The position numbers were made by a program, and so were the translations under genes. From contig JAZDKB010000009.1 in NCBI GenBank assembly GCA_043803405.1, positions 85,383 through 149,382 on the forward strand: DNA of 64,000 nucleotides, read 5' to 3'. This document shows, piece after piece, positions 17,907-27,842 of the stretch. Positions within the stretch are counted from its first letter, which is position 1; each line of letters begins with the position of its first letter. Source of the DNA: Spirochaetota bacterium. Its GTDB lineage: Bacteria > Spirochaetota > UBA4802 > JAFGDQ01. The notes beneath the pieces are model-generated. The model had not been told where the DNA came from, did not search any database, and was given only the letters and a program-made list of their open reading frames with translations.

Positions 17907-19655
17907 TTACAAAAGCCTCATTGTGTATAAAACAAATTCATCGGACGCGTTTAATCTTCCGCCCGTAAACAAAAAATTATTGGTATGATAATTAATATCA
18001 CTTCCATCCGTTTCAGGGCTTTCATCATTATAGTCGCCCGAAACACCCTTATTTGCAACATCAATTTTATTATCGGACTTTTTCTGTAAATAAACCGGTA
18101 TCCAGAATAATCTAATATAATTCCCGTCATCATCATTGTTGTAGGAGAACATTGAAAAGAGTATGCCGACATGGCCCCCGCCGTCATAGCTGTTGTAGCA
18201 GAACAGGCTAAGGTAATCCATTGCGGACAACTTTGCAGCACCGGCTTTCGATGTATTGTACGAGAACAGCACAGGCATCTTAACATTTATAAAGTCTTCG
18301 CCCCATCTCTGGTAATATAACCGGAGCAAAAGGCCGAATCTTTTCTCACCGGACTCAAGCCGCCTGTATTCAAATAAAGTCCAGAAAGGCTGGTACATCT
18401 TCTCGTATCCATCCGGGTCCCTGAACGGAAAAAGCGATAGCATATTGAAGGATAAATTCCCCCTGTCATCGTATTCGTACTGGAACAAAGGCCATATCTT
18501 AAAATACCGCCATGAACTCCCGTAAACAGGATTCGGTTTATTCTTATATTCCCTTTTAAAATACCAGATTATTAGAGCATTGATATAATATTCTGATTCA
18601 AAAATATCGCTGCGCTTTTTAAGGCTTATGTAAAGCGGAGTTGCGAAGAACATTTCCTTGTTCTGGTATTTGTACGAACCTGCAACAGGAAAGAATATGC
18701 GCTTCGTTATCTTCGGATCGCTGCAAGTCTGCCACTGCACAATAGGCCACGGGAAATTCAGCTCGAAATCCCCGCGCTTAATGTCATACCCCCATGAAAA
18801 GAACGGCCACAGGAGCGAACTGGAGCCTCTTACCGAAGAAAGGTTCCATCTTCTGCCGTAAAACGGGAACGCAAAAAACGTGCGCTCTTCGTCAGCCTTC
18901 ATAATTGTTCTGCCGTAATTGAATATCATTAAAACAGAATAATTATCGTAAGTATCTTTCTTGTAATTATGCGCGTAAAACGGTAGAAACCTTTTATCGT
19001 CCCTTGTAGGGCTCTTTCCCCACTGGATAAGCGGCCACAATATTCCGTGAGCCTTGTAATCCCTGGATTCATAATCGACGTAGGCCGGAATAAGCGAAAC
19101 AAAAAACACTGCAACATTCAGCCATGTAGGCGGGAACACCGGAGGATAAATAAAGAACAGCAGAACGCCCGGGAACAGTACAGTCGATATCCTGTCCTGT
19201 CCGAGCTTTCCTTTTACAGTGCCGCCGAAAGGCCACACATGCAAATACCTGTCGCGCGCGTCCTGCGACTCCCCATATAATAAAAACGGGAATGCGCCAA
19301 AGTCATAGTCCCTTACGCCGTTTGCATGAACATAATTAACCGATTCAATTAAACCGAAAAAAGATTTCCAGTCCGTTTTGCTTTTAGTCTCGTATTCCCA
19401 GAAGATCACTGGCATCAGCGATGCTTTAAAGACGTTCCCGTTTTTGTTACTTATGTTTTTAAGGTAAAATGGACGGACTGTAAACGAATTGCTTAAAACA
19501 TTATTCTCGGTTTCATAGAACACCCAGTACCAGTTAAAATCGGAAACTCCGGCTGCGTTTGCTTTCTGCGCCAGTAAAGCAAACAACAATATAAAAAGGC
19601 AAATCCTGATTGTCTTTGCGAAACTGCGTTTTAACATGAGAAGCAAATCCGGCAT
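17907..19655 (-). CDS. Hypothetical secreted/membrane protein with repeated aromatic W-P motifs
   Basis: Signal peptide 'ICLFILLFALLAQKANA'. At least 8 motif copies: 'VWPFGG', 'LWPLIQWG', 'LWPFFSWG', 'FPWPIVQW', 'IWPLFQYE', 'FLPFYAH', 'AFPFYGR', 'LFPFRD'. 16 nt upstream of mlaE. Confidence 0.7.
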   Translation of the reverse strand: MPDLLLMLKRSFAKTIRICLFILLFALLAQKANAAGVSDFNWYWVFYETENNVLSNSFTVRPFYLKNISNKNGNVFKASLMPVIFWEYETKSKTDWKSFFGLIESVNYVHANGVRDYDFGAFPFLLYGESQDARDRYLHVWPFGGTVKGKLGQDRISTVLFPGVLLFFIYPPVFPPTWLNVAVFFVSLIPAYVDYESRDYKAHGILWPLIQWGKSPTRDDKRFLPFYAHNYKKDTYDNYSVLMIFNYGRTIMKADEERTFFAFPFYGRRWNLSSVRGSSSLLWPFFSWGYDIKRGDFELNFPWPIVQWQTCSDPKITKRIFFPVAGSYKYQNKEMFFATPLYISLKKRSDIFESEYYINALIIWYFKREYKNKPNPVYGSSWRYFKIWPLFQYEYDDRGNLSFNMLSLFPFRDPDGYEKMYQPFWTLFEYRRLESGEKRFGLLLRLYYQRWGEDFINVKMPVLFSYNTSKAGAAKLSAMDYLSLFCYNSYDGGGHVGILFSMFSYNNDDDGNYIRLFWIPVYLQKKSDNKIDVANKGVSGDYNDESPETDGSDINYHTNNFLFTGGRLNASDEFVLYTMRLL

Positions 19656-19658
19656 TTT

Positions 19659-20042
19659 TCAGCTTCTTAGGCTATTAATATATTTAGCAATATACAACCT
19701 GTCTTCGGGTGATATTATGCTGAAGACAAGACCGCCCTTTAAAGTTCTTCTCCCTGCCCCGCCCGTAATACTGCTCCAGACCTTTTTGCCTTCAGCCAGA
19801 ATACTCTTATCCGAAAAAATAATATTAATATAATAATTCGTCATTTTAGCGAACTCGTCAATGCCGCTAAGAGCTTCGGTTTCTTCAATAGAGTAACCGA
19901 TTCCGTTCACATTTATATCTATGACTTTAAGCCTGTAAATCCTGTCGCTGTTTATTTCTATTTCGATATCTTTAAAATTATCATCTTTAACGTATTCAGA
20001 TATCTCGAATCTTTTAAATTTTCTTTTTTCCTTATTATCCAA
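19659..20042 (-). CDS. PilZ-like domain protein
   Basis: N-terminal 'RKFKR' fits RxxxR, and 'DINVNG' fits D-x-(S/N)-x-x-G about 30 aa later. Size of 127 aa is typical of stand-alone PilZ. The Asn in place of Ser/Ala leaves c-di-GMP binding uncertain. Confidence 0.55.
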   Translation of the reverse strand: MDNKEKRKFKRFEISEYVKDDNFKDIEIEINSDRIYRLKVIDINVNGIGYSIEETEALSGIDEFAKMTNYYINIIFSDKSILAEGKKVWSSITGGAGRRTLKGGLVFSIISPEDRLYIAKYINSLRS

Positions 20043-20245
20043 AACCGTTTCCTGTAATTAATTCTTAAACTATTAGATATTATATCTTTAAATACATCAA
20101 TAGTTTTTTAAATCAAAATATTATAATATTTGCATAAATTTATTCTTCTTATTATAATTAATGACACACTTAAGAATTCAGAATTATATTTATGATATTC
20201 ATACTTTTAATCCATTACCGGTGAGTTGCCGCTTGGAATTCCATA

Positions 20246-22123
20246 ATGAAGAAAGTAGATAAAACAAAAATAAACATCAAAGTTGATAAGCTTGGCGAAT
20301 CAGCCAGGAAGGAGATGTTTACCAAATTTAAAGAAGCAGGCGGGGAAGTTACAGAAGAAAAGGAGGAAACAGAAAGTATATCCAAAAAGATAAATAAAAT
20401 CGGACCTATAACCGGAAAATCAAAGGATACTGACGTAAACATCAGAAAAGATTCCCGCATTTATGCAAAAAAAACATTGTACACGAGCCAGCCGAAAACA
20501 GGGAAACCTTATTCGGATCACAAAGCCGGATTTTTTACCACATTCTCTCAAAAAATAGCAATCCGTTTTCGTCTTTACTTTATGGACATAACGGATTTCC
20601 CGGCAGCAAATTTTAATAACAAATTTTTTCATTCATTCAACACGGAATACAAAATTGCCCTGATGGGCATCAGATTGCTGTATATGGAATTATTCGGGCA
20701 AAACGAGGAACTGATGTATCGTATAATGACTACGCTGGATAAAATAAATCCTCTTTACAGTCAGCTTATCGATAAAATGTCCGGGATATATAATGAAGAT
20801 GAAATGAAAAATATAACCAATAAATATATCGGCTCCCCGCAAATTATCCAGCCTGTCGGCAGCATAGAAGAACCGATTCTGCACTTATTCAGGAAGATAT
20901 ACGTTCTTAAACCGCACGAAAAAAATATCTATGCAGCATTTCAAAAATCAATTGATCTGCATTATAAGCTTACAAATAAAAAATCTTCCGAATACAATAC
21001 TAAAAGAAAAAATCTGAGAAATGATATTTTTATAATATTTGATAAATTATTCACAGCTCTTTACTGGCTTTTTTGCAGATATCAGAATAAAATTATTCCC
21101 CCGGGCTCGCCGGAAATAGATGATATTTTAAAGATTAAATATTCTAAAAAACAAAGCGAAAAAAGCGTGACACAAGTTCTTCCGGAAGAAGAAAGTCCAA
21201 TAAAAGACGAAACAGAAATATATATTAAAATCGCTGAAGGAGAAGAAAGCTCAGCAGAGCAGGAACCTGAAACAACAATACCCGAAGAAATATTAAAAGG
21301 ACTACAACTTTTAAAAAGATTCAATTTAGATAACATAAAGGACCTGCGATCCGCTTACGATTCAAATATTTCCGGCAATCTGAATAATAATGATAAAATA
21401 CTGTTTATCTATTATATTTTTAAGGAATTAGACAATGAATATTCGTTCCTTCTCACTACAAATAAAATAAAATATAAATCCGGTTATTATTTGCCCGGTC
21501 ACATAAATGTTAAAGAAAAACTGCTGGATTATTATAATGAGATAAAAAAATGTACAGATCTGTTCATGGAATACAGTAATGCATTTGAACTTTTTGTTAA
21601 AGTTCAGAAAGAGAAACTCTTAAGCGCTGACAGGTATATTGCGCATACAAAAGAGCTTAGCACATTTGTTGCAAGGAGGGAACAAACAGCGCGGGCAGTA
21701 AGATTTGCCGTATTGGGTTTTATAAATAATCTTTCGATCCTGTTTAAAACCCTTATGGATGATATAAATGGATCACGGGAAATAATCGAAAATCCGGACG
21801 ACGTAATCAGTTTTGAAATCACTGCGGATAAAAATAAAATACTTAACAATAAAACCATACTGGAAGCCATAACATCTGCTTATTATTTTGCCAATGCTTT
21901 TGCTTATAAACTCAGCTCACAGGGCGATCTCTCCGGCAGTGTTGAGTTCGACGAAAAAAAAACAGATGCAAATCCTCCTGACATTAAAAACGGTAACGGG
22001 CCATCAGCTGCTTCCCCCGTTGATTCATTAGCTGACATTTCCTTAGACTCTAAAAATACTAAGAAAAAAGACACAGATGACCAGTCTATAATTGATGAAC
22101 TGGATGATATATTTTCCCAATAA
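20246..22123 (+). CDS. Hypothetical protein (625 aa) with charged low-complexity termini
   Basis: Long ORF with a Lys/Glu-rich N-terminus and an acidic C-terminus. No recognised motifs. Confidence 0.65.
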   Translation: MKKVDKTKINIKVDKLGESARKEMFTKFKEAGGEVTEEKEETESISKKINKIGPITGKSKDTDVNIRKDSRIYAKKTLYTSQPKTGKPYSDHKAGFFTTFSQKIAIRFRLYFMDITDFPAANFNNKFFHSFNTEYKIALMGIRLLYMELFGQNEELMYRIMTTLDKINPLYSQLIDKMSGIYNEDEMKNITNKYIGSPQIIQPVGSIEEPILHLFRKIYVLKPHEKNIYAAFQKSIDLHYKLTNKKSSEYNTKRKNLRNDIFIIFDKLFTALYWLFCRYQNKIIPPGSPEIDDILKIKYSKKQSEKSVTQVLPEEESPIKDETEIYIKIAEGEESSAEQEPETTIPEEILKGLQLLKRFNLDNIKDLRSAYDSNISGNLNNNDKILFIYYIFKELDNEYSFLLTTNKIKYKSGYYLPGHINVKEKLLDYYNEIKKCTDLFMEYSNAFELFVKVQKEKLLSADRYIAHTKELSTFVARREQTARAVRFAVLGFINNLSILFKTLMDDINGSREIIENPDDVISFEITADKNKILNNKTILEAITSAYYFANAFAYKLSSQGDLSGSVEFDEKKTDANPPDIKNGNGPSAASPVDSLADISLDSKNTKKKDTDDQSIIDELDDIFSQ

Positions 22124-22128
22124 ATTGA

Positions 22129-22175
22129 TTGACAAGCACGATTTTCAGCTTATATAATTATAACAATTATATAAG
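22129..22175 (+). promoter_or_regulatory. Sigma70-type promoter overlapped by a perfect 11-bp palindrome
   Basis: TTGACA at 22129-22134 and TATAAT at 22153-22158, with an 18-nt spacer. Palindrome 'cttatataatt' at 22149-22159 pairs with 'aattatataag' at 22165-22175. Confidence 0.5.
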
Positions 22176-22206
22176 ATTAATCTTAAAAACGGAGGTAATT
22201 CGCTGC

Positions 22207-22920
22207 ATGAAAAGAAATATTATTACTGCTTTAATTCTAAGTTTATTTATTTTTACAACAGGCTATACCCAGCAGGCGGCAAAACCTGAAGCAAAAGGGC
22301 CGGCAGAAGCTGCTCCGAAAGTTGAAGCCGTCGAGAAGGCGCCTGAAGGCAATATATACCGTGAAATTACGATTATGGATTTTGAAAACATTGAATTTAA
22401 GGACGCAGATATAATCTTTCAAAAAGCCAGAGAAGAAGAGTATAAAATTGCCATGAGAGATGAAACGCCTGCGCCAATTAATTCCAAAAAATATCTCGGC
22501 GTAAAACTCAGAGGCACAAAGAGCAACGCTATACAGATCAAATTCCCAAAAGATAAAATTCCTGTAATTGATAACTACTGCCAAAGCATCTCAGTCTGGA
22601 TTTACGGAAAAAATTTTACAGGTGAATTTGCAATATATTTAATGGACGCTACAGGAAAAACATTCAGATTATCGTTCGGAAAACTTAACTTTCAGGGATG
22701 GCATAAACTGACTAAAATTATTCCGTCTGTAGTGGCACAAACCAATAAGTTTCTTGAGGTAAAAACAAACATAAAAATCATGAGTATGGTTTATGTTCCG
22801 GGGACCGGATTCAAACCCGGCACAACCATCCTGGATCCGGAATGGCAGACATTTTATGTTGATGATATAACAGCAAAAGTACGTGAAAAGTACAAAGACA
22901 GTCAGAACGACGAATGGTAA
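22207..22920 (+). CDS. flaA: FlaA-like flagellar filament outer-layer (sheath) protein
   Basis: Start ATG at 22207 after GGAGGT gives the signal 'MKRNIITALILSLFIFTTGYTQQ'. Core 'SISVWIYGKNFTGEFAIYLMDATGKTFRLSFGKLNFQGWHKL' matches, from memory, the conserved spirochaetal FlaA block 'SIAVNTYGMNYPHGLYVMMRDQDGEVHRYFMGYLLFDSWKEL' of Treponema. Confidence 0.6.
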   Translation: MKRNIITALILSLFIFTTGYTQQAAKPEAKGPAEAAPKVEAVEKAPEGNIYREITIMDFENIEFKDADIIFQKAREEEYKIAMRDETPAPINSKKYLGVKLRGTKSNAIQIKFPKDKIPVIDNYCQSISVWIYGKNFTGEFAIYLMDATGKTFRLSFGKLNFQGWHKLTKIIPSVVAQTNKFLEVKTNIKIMSMVYVPGTGFKPGTTILDPEWQTFYVDDITAKVREKYKDSQNDEW

Positions 22921-22957
22921 ACTAAAGAATAAAAAAGTTATTTAACAAGATATACAC

Positions 22958-22994
22958 AAAAAAAAAGACAGGTCTATGCCTGTCTTTTTTTTTG
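22958..22994. terminator. Bidirectional rho-independent terminator between convergent genes
   Basis: Stem AGACAGG at 22966-22972 pairs with CCTGTCT at 22979-22985. An A-run lies on the 5' side and a T-run on the 3' side. Confidence 0.8.
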
Positions 22995-23038
22995 TAACGC
23001 TTACGGCCTCAATCCCCGGATATAAACTTACTCTTTGA

Positions 23039-24262
23039 TTACTTTCTTCCGTTTAGCATTATTTCTATCAGATCATGCGCCTTGCCGACATAATTGCCGG
23101 TTGCCTTTGCCATGTTCTCTGTAAAGCACGAATCTTTGCCGGATTTTTTGAAACCCGAAATAGTTTTACTGCTATAAATGCAAAATGGCACATCGTCTGA
23201 ACTATGCGTCCTGATAACAATAGGAGTAGGATGATCCGGCATAACCAGAACGCAATAATCGGGATATGATTTTAATCCGTAAATAACCCTTCCCACAACC
23301 TTTGAATCAAAATCTTCAATCGATTTAATCTTATGCTTCAGGTTGCCTTCATGCCCGGATTCATCCGGAGCTTCCACATGCAGGAATACAAAGTTGGATT
23401 TTTTAATTGCTTCCAGCAACGCATCTGCCTTACCCGTGTAATTCGTATCGACATAGCCGGTCGCTCCTTCCACGCGTAGCGGTGTAAGCCCTGCTGCCCT
23501 GCCTATTCCGTGTATAAGGTCAACAGCAGATATAGTATATCCATGCAGGCCGAAACGTTTTGCCAGCGACTCAACAGCAGGCTTTTTGCCTCCGCCCCAG
23601 AGCCATGCCGAAGCCGGCTTGCCCTTATAGCGTGTTCCGCTTTTTTTAATGATTTCGGAACCGGCAATGATATTCTGCGATTCCTTAATTATATCAATTA
23701 ACTCTTTTGCCCCATCGCCTTTCGGAAAAAATGCTTCCGCTTCTTTTCCCTGAATGTCATGCGGCGGCGTGGTTTCAGCAATTCTGTTATAGGGATAATC
23801 CCTCCAAACCATTATGTTCCTGTACGAAACTCCGGGGTATAATTCAAGTTTATCTGTTGCAATTTTTTTTGCAAGTTCGCCAATTACAATCCTTGTATAT
23901 TCCGTGTCTATATGATCCGCGCTGAAATCCTCCATTATTCCGTTCGCAATATTAACCAGGTTGCAGCGGAATGCAACATCTCCGGGACCTAGCTCAATGT
24001 CCATGTTAAGCGCTTCAAGCGGCGCCCTCCCGGTAAAATATCTGGAGGGATCATATCCGAATATCGAAAGGTTAGCGGTATCGCTTCCCGGGGACATGCC
24101 CTCGGGTACTGTTTTTGTGAGCCCGAAAACCCCGTTCCTTGCCAGATCGTCCATATTTGGAGTATCAGCCACCTCCAGCGGAGTTTTGTCGCCCAGCTCT
24201 TTTATCGGGTAATCGGCCATACCGTCGCCGATCAGAATAATTATCTTTTTTTCTTTATCCAA
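23039..24262 (-). CDS. apgM: Cofactor-independent phosphoglycerate mutase, archaeal-type (ApgM family)
   Basis: 'IILIGDGMADYP' N-terminus, metal-site context 'HVEAPDESGHEG' and 'VMPDHPTP'. About 407 aa, typical of the ApgM family. Confidence 0.85.
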   Translation of the reverse strand: MDKEKKIIILIGDGMADYPIKELGDKTPLEVADTPNMDDLARNGVFGLTKTVPEGMSPGSDTANLSIFGYDPSRYFTGRAPLEALNMDIELGPGDVAFRCNLVNIANGIMEDFSADHIDTEYTRIVIGELAKKIATDKLELYPGVSYRNIMVWRDYPYNRIAETTPPHDIQGKEAEAFFPKGDGAKELIDIIKESQNIIAGSEIIKKSGTRYKGKPASAWLWGGGKKPAVESLAKRFGLHGYTISAVDLIHGIGRAAGLTPLRVEGATGYVDTNYTGKADALLEAIKKSNFVFLHVEAPDESGHEGNLKHKIKSIEDFDSKVVGRVIYGLKSYPDYCVLVMPDHPTPIVIRTHSSDDVPFCIYSSKTISGFKKSGKDSCFTENMAKATGNYVGKAHDLIEIMLNGRK

Positions 24263-24265
24263 GCA

Positions 24266-24682
24266 TCAGCTCCTGTCGAAAACCCGGCTTGTGCCGTCCG
24301 TGTAATGCAGGGTTTTCCATATAGGCACGGTTTTTTTTATCGTATCAATTATATATTTTACTGAGGCGAACGATTCCTCCCTGTGCGGGGACGAAACTGC
24401 AATTATAATGCTTGCCTCTTGCAGCTCCACCCTGCCGTACCTGTGAACTACGATACAGTCCGTAATAGGCCACCTGGCAAACGCATCATCAACAATTTTA
24501 TTCAGCTCCTTCAAAGCCATTGACTCGAATATTTCATAATCAATAAATTTAACTTCGCGTTTTTCCGCTTCCTTCCTTGGCCTGCCGATGAAAACCGATA
24601 CAGCACCGTTTTCTTCAGTACCTACTTCGTTTATAAACTTCGAAATTTCTATTTTCTCTTTTTGTGTCTGGATTTTTTTCAT
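24266..24682 (-). CDS. moaE: Molybdopterin synthase catalytic subunit
   Basis: 138 aa. 'HRYGRVELQEASIIIAVSSPHR' matches the conserved MoaE core. Adjacent to moaD. Confidence 0.85.
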   Translation of the reverse strand: MKKIQTQKEKIEISKFINEVGTEENGAVSVFIGRPRKEAEKREVKFIDYEIFESMALKELNKIVDDAFARWPITDCIVVHRYGRVELQEASIIIAVSSPHREESFASVKYIIDTIKKTVPIWKTLHYTDGTSRVFDRS

Positions 24683-24745
24683 GGATTTTTTTTCGTTATA
24701 ATAATTCGGGGGAGATGCGGCCGGTTCCGCGAAGGTTCGGGCAAT

Positions 24746-24991
24746 TTACCCGCCGCTGACCGGCGGGAAAACAGCGAGGATATCGCCGTCCTTAAGGATT
24801 CTCGATTCATCGCAATATTCGTCATTGACAGCGAAAAGCAGTCCGCCTTTCATCTTTGACAAATTGCCGTATTTTCCGCATAAAACCTTAAGCGCATCCC
24901 CTACAGATGCTTTTTCATTTAATTCGAATTTTTCCTCAGTAAAACCGCATGCCGTCTTTACAGAGGAAAAAGCGCTGACAGTAATTTTCAT
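24746..24991 (-). CDS. moaD: Molybdopterin synthase sulfur-carrier subunit (ThiS/MoaD fold)
   Basis: 81 aa ending in 'FPPVSGG' (C-terminal Gly-Gly). Immediately upstream of moaE. Confidence 0.85.
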   Translation of the reverse strand: MKITVSAFSSVKTACGFTEEKFELNEKASVGDALKVLCGKYGNLSKMKGGLLFAVNDEYCDESRILKDGDILAVFPPVSGG

Positions 24992-25042
24992 GACATATAC
25001 TTTTAATGAACAGGTGATTTTAATATATGTTCTTGTTAGTTT

Positions 25043-25414
25043 TCATTTCTTTTTTAACTTATTGTTCGTACTTCTGTTGAACATAAATAAGTAATGTTTT
25101 ATATACGGCTGAATACTTTCCGAAAAATCGCCTATATTTACATCTTCGGGTTTTTTCAGGATTGTGGCAAGACTGGTTTTTGATATATCTTCATTGATTG
25201 AACTTGTAATCGTAGTTTTAAATCGTTTAATTATTTCTTTGTCGTTTGCATCGTCCGAATAGTTGTTCATTACAGAACACAGCTTCAGTAAATTTATTTT
25301 CTTTTTCTGTTTGGTTGAGGCATTTGAGACTTTGTCCGATTTCTTTTTTACTTTGGTTTTCGAATTGACCGTTGTTGCTTTTCTGCTATTGCCGGGCTTA
25401 ATAGATTTAATCAT
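25043..25414 (-). CDS. Hypothetical Lys-rich protein
   Basis: The ORF track extends to 25483, but the ATG at 25414 follows GGAGGA. Basic low-complexity N-terminus, no recognised motifs. Confidence 0.5.
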   Translation of the reverse strand: MIKSIKPGNSRKATTVNSKTKVKKKSDKVSNASTKQKKKINLLKLCSVMNNYSDDANDKEIIKRFKTTITSSINEDISKTSLATILKKPEDVNIGDFSESIQPYIKHYLFMFNRSTNNKLKKK

Positions 25415-25762
25415 TAGAAATAGTCTTCCTCCGAATGTCTTTATTCGAACAATTTTAATTTTTAGTGTTAATATTGTAAACAAAATTTTAATAAGTTCCT
25501 GATGAATAATTCACGCTTCAGTGATTTATTGCATTTCCTCCGTCTGTGGCGTGAAAAACAATAAATCAGTAAAAGTTTTAACTTCCCTGGAATTTTTAAG
25601 ATAAAATACCATAACACAAAAGTCTTTAATTACAGAATTGCTTTCTTTAATTTTATTGATTGGAAATATTTTAAAGAGATATTAAATATATATCGATCAT
25701 TACAATAGTATGTAAATTATAAGCTCCTTATACTGACTTTTCTATTCTTCAACCGGGAGAGA

Positions 25763-26548
25763 ATGATGAAAAATAATTTTTTATATGTTCTGTTAGTAAT
25801 TATCATTGCTGTTTCAGGATGTTCGCAGCATCGGGCTGCAGAGATAAAGCAGCAGGAAGATCAGATTAAAACTTACGAAACCGAAAAACTTATAAAATTT
25901 TTTACTACTTGTAACAGCGATATAGTAAAAGCAGTCCAGGTAATAGCAGACTATAAAATGATAGCAAACCTGACTCATCTAAAAAGAATGGACATGGAAG
26001 GCAGAAAGTATTATCTTCTCGAAAGAGAAAATCTCACAAAAATGATTAAGGCTGTTACAGAAGGAACATATTCCGATCTGATACTAATAAACAAATCCGG
26101 TGTTATAATTTATACAATGTTAAATGACGAAATTTTCGGGCAGAATGTAAAAACTCATTTAAAAGATACTGCGTTGAACACTTGTTTTATAAATAGTTCT
26201 CAGAAGGGGTTTTATGTTGAAGATATTTCGATTTTCCCTTCTTCTAACGGCACTCCGAAATTATTTGTTTCATATCCGGATAAAATAGAAGATTTTATAA
26301 GAGGAGTATTTATTATCCAGATAAATTCTGAGATATTTAAGTCAATTTTCGAAAAAATCCCGATCATAACAGGCATGGACGGCAAATACAGGCTGGATAA
26401 AAACGATGGTAATATACTTCAGCCTTATAAATATTTTGATAAAATTATTCCCGGAAATGGCAGGCAATATTTTGAAATAGAAAACAAAAAATATTCATAT
26501 TACCAGTTTAAATTCAACTCTCTTTCATGGGTAATAATCTCTGAATAA
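25763..26548 (+). CDS. Stand-alone Cache/PDC-like lipoprotein
   Basis: Lipobox 'IIAVSGC'. 'YSDLILINKSGVIIYT' resembles the Cache-domain core strand pattern. No transmitter domain follows. Confidence 0.55.
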   Translation: MMKNNFLYVLLVIIIAVSGCSQHRAAEIKQQEDQIKTYETEKLIKFFTTCNSDIVKAVQVIADYKMIANLTHLKRMDMEGRKYYLLERENLTKMIKAVTEGTYSDLILINKSGVIIYTMLNDEIFGQNVKTHLKDTALNTCFINSSQKGFYVEDISIFPSSNGTPKLFVSYPDKIEDFIRGVFIIQINSEIFKSIFEKIPIITGMDGKYRLDKNDGNILQPYKYFDKIIPGNGRQYFEIENKKYSYYQFKFNSLSWVIISE

Positions 26549-26569
26549 AATTCAAATTGCAGGGGCAGC

Positions 26570-27838
26570 TCAAAGTTCTTTGATTAAATCCGGTATTCTT
26601 TGATGCGCTTCACTAAAAACATCCGGAAGTACTTCGTCCTTGCCCTTTAACAAGCCTATCTTTTGAGATAATTCTATTATCCTGGCATCGTCCAGAAATT
26701 TGACATTTGATTCGATAAGTCCTTTCAGTATGCCTGGAAAAAGAGCATAGCTGTCCATCCATCCGCTCTGAAGAAAATCCCTTACCCCTTTTTCTCTCAT
26801 AATATCCGTTTGCAGATCTTTATCCAGCAGGCTGATTATTATTTGCCCTGTTCCGAATCTGTATAATTCATCGGAATCGAACTGATCCTTAAAAATAATT
26901 ATTAAGTCGGAATTCTCATAAATATGTTCATGCGTGGTGGCCAGCCCGCTTTCCCTTTCAAAACTATGCATAAATTTTAAATTATTATCGTATCCAAGGA
27001 TGCGCTGAAAACCTAACTTTACAAGCAGCCTTGTTACTCTCAGAGCGCTTATACTGATACCGATCAGACCGACAGTGCAGCTATTTATATTAAAGCTGTT
27101 TTTTGTCAGTAAATGAATAATCGCGATCAGCAGATATAGCGGGATCTCATCATAACAATGTGACAGGAGAGGCAAAGAAATTTCCTCATAAAGCCGTTCG
27201 TATAATGTTATATCATCAATATTTTCAAGATCAATAATTCTTATAGCTCTGAATGTTGATACAACCCCAAGAAGAATTTTTACAAAATCATCGAACTGGC
27301 CCAGTCGTATCAATAGTGGGAAAGAATTAAACCCGATAAACTTTTTTAATATAATCGAATCTCTTTCTGCGATGGTATATAACTTTAAATGCTTTTGCAG
27401 CAACTCTTCTCCGGCTGTTATCCCGCATAACATCCCGATATTTCTGAAAATACCGGAATATTGACTAATACTTTCCTTGTCCTGCAGCCTGTTAAAGATC
27501 AGTTCCGCTGCTCCGAGAACGTTCATCTCATATTCGATTAAATTGTTGAACTGGAGCTTCCCTGTAACATTCAGCATGCCTCCGGATATTTCATTTTCGA
27601 TCAGGTTCTCGGTTGATGTTATCTGAAAATTTTCTTCGAATTTAACAATTTTGTTTAAGAGATCCTTATATTTTTCAATATTGGAATAGATGATTTCTAT
27701 TTGAAACAGGTCTGATCCGTTTCCGTTTTCGAGTAAAGATATATTTTTGGCAGCGCAGTTTCTTTTATATACTTCATTGATTAAATGCTGTAAATATCCG
27801 GTTTTAATTCTTATAATTAATTTCGATATCAGCCGCAT
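26570..27838 (-). CDS. Malic-enzyme-like protein with degenerate catalytic and NAD(P)-binding motifs and an ACT-like N-terminus (probable pseudoenzyme)
   Basis: Aligns without gaps, by eye, to the malic-enzyme core. 'ERDSIILKKFIGFNSFPLLI' vs 'EGKGVLFKKFAGIDVFDIEV'. 'LPLLSHCYDEIPL' vs 'IPVFHDDQHGTAI'. 'GLIGISISALRVTRLLVKLG' vs 'VVSGAGAAAIACMNLLVALG'. Confidence 0.6.
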   Translation of the reverse strand: MRLISKLIIRIKTGYLQHLINEVYKRNCAAKNISLLENGNGSDLFQIEIIYSNIEKYKDLLNKIVKFEENFQITSTENLIENEISGGMLNVTGKLQFNNLIEYEMNVLGAAELIFNRLQDKESISQYSGIFRNIGMLCGITAGEELLQKHLKLYTIAERDSIILKKFIGFNSFPLLIRLGQFDDFVKILLGVVSTFRAIRIIDLENIDDITLYERLYEEISLPLLSHCYDEIPLYLLIAIIHLLTKNSFNINSCTVGLIGISISALRVTRLLVKLGFQRILGYDNNLKFMHSFERESGLATTHEHIYENSDLIIIFKDQFDSDELYRFGTGQIIISLLDKDLQTDIMREKGVRDFLQSGWMDSYALFPGILKGLIESNVKFLDDARIIELSQKIGLLKGKDEVLPDVFSEAHQRIPDLIKEL

Positions 27839-27842
27839 TTTT

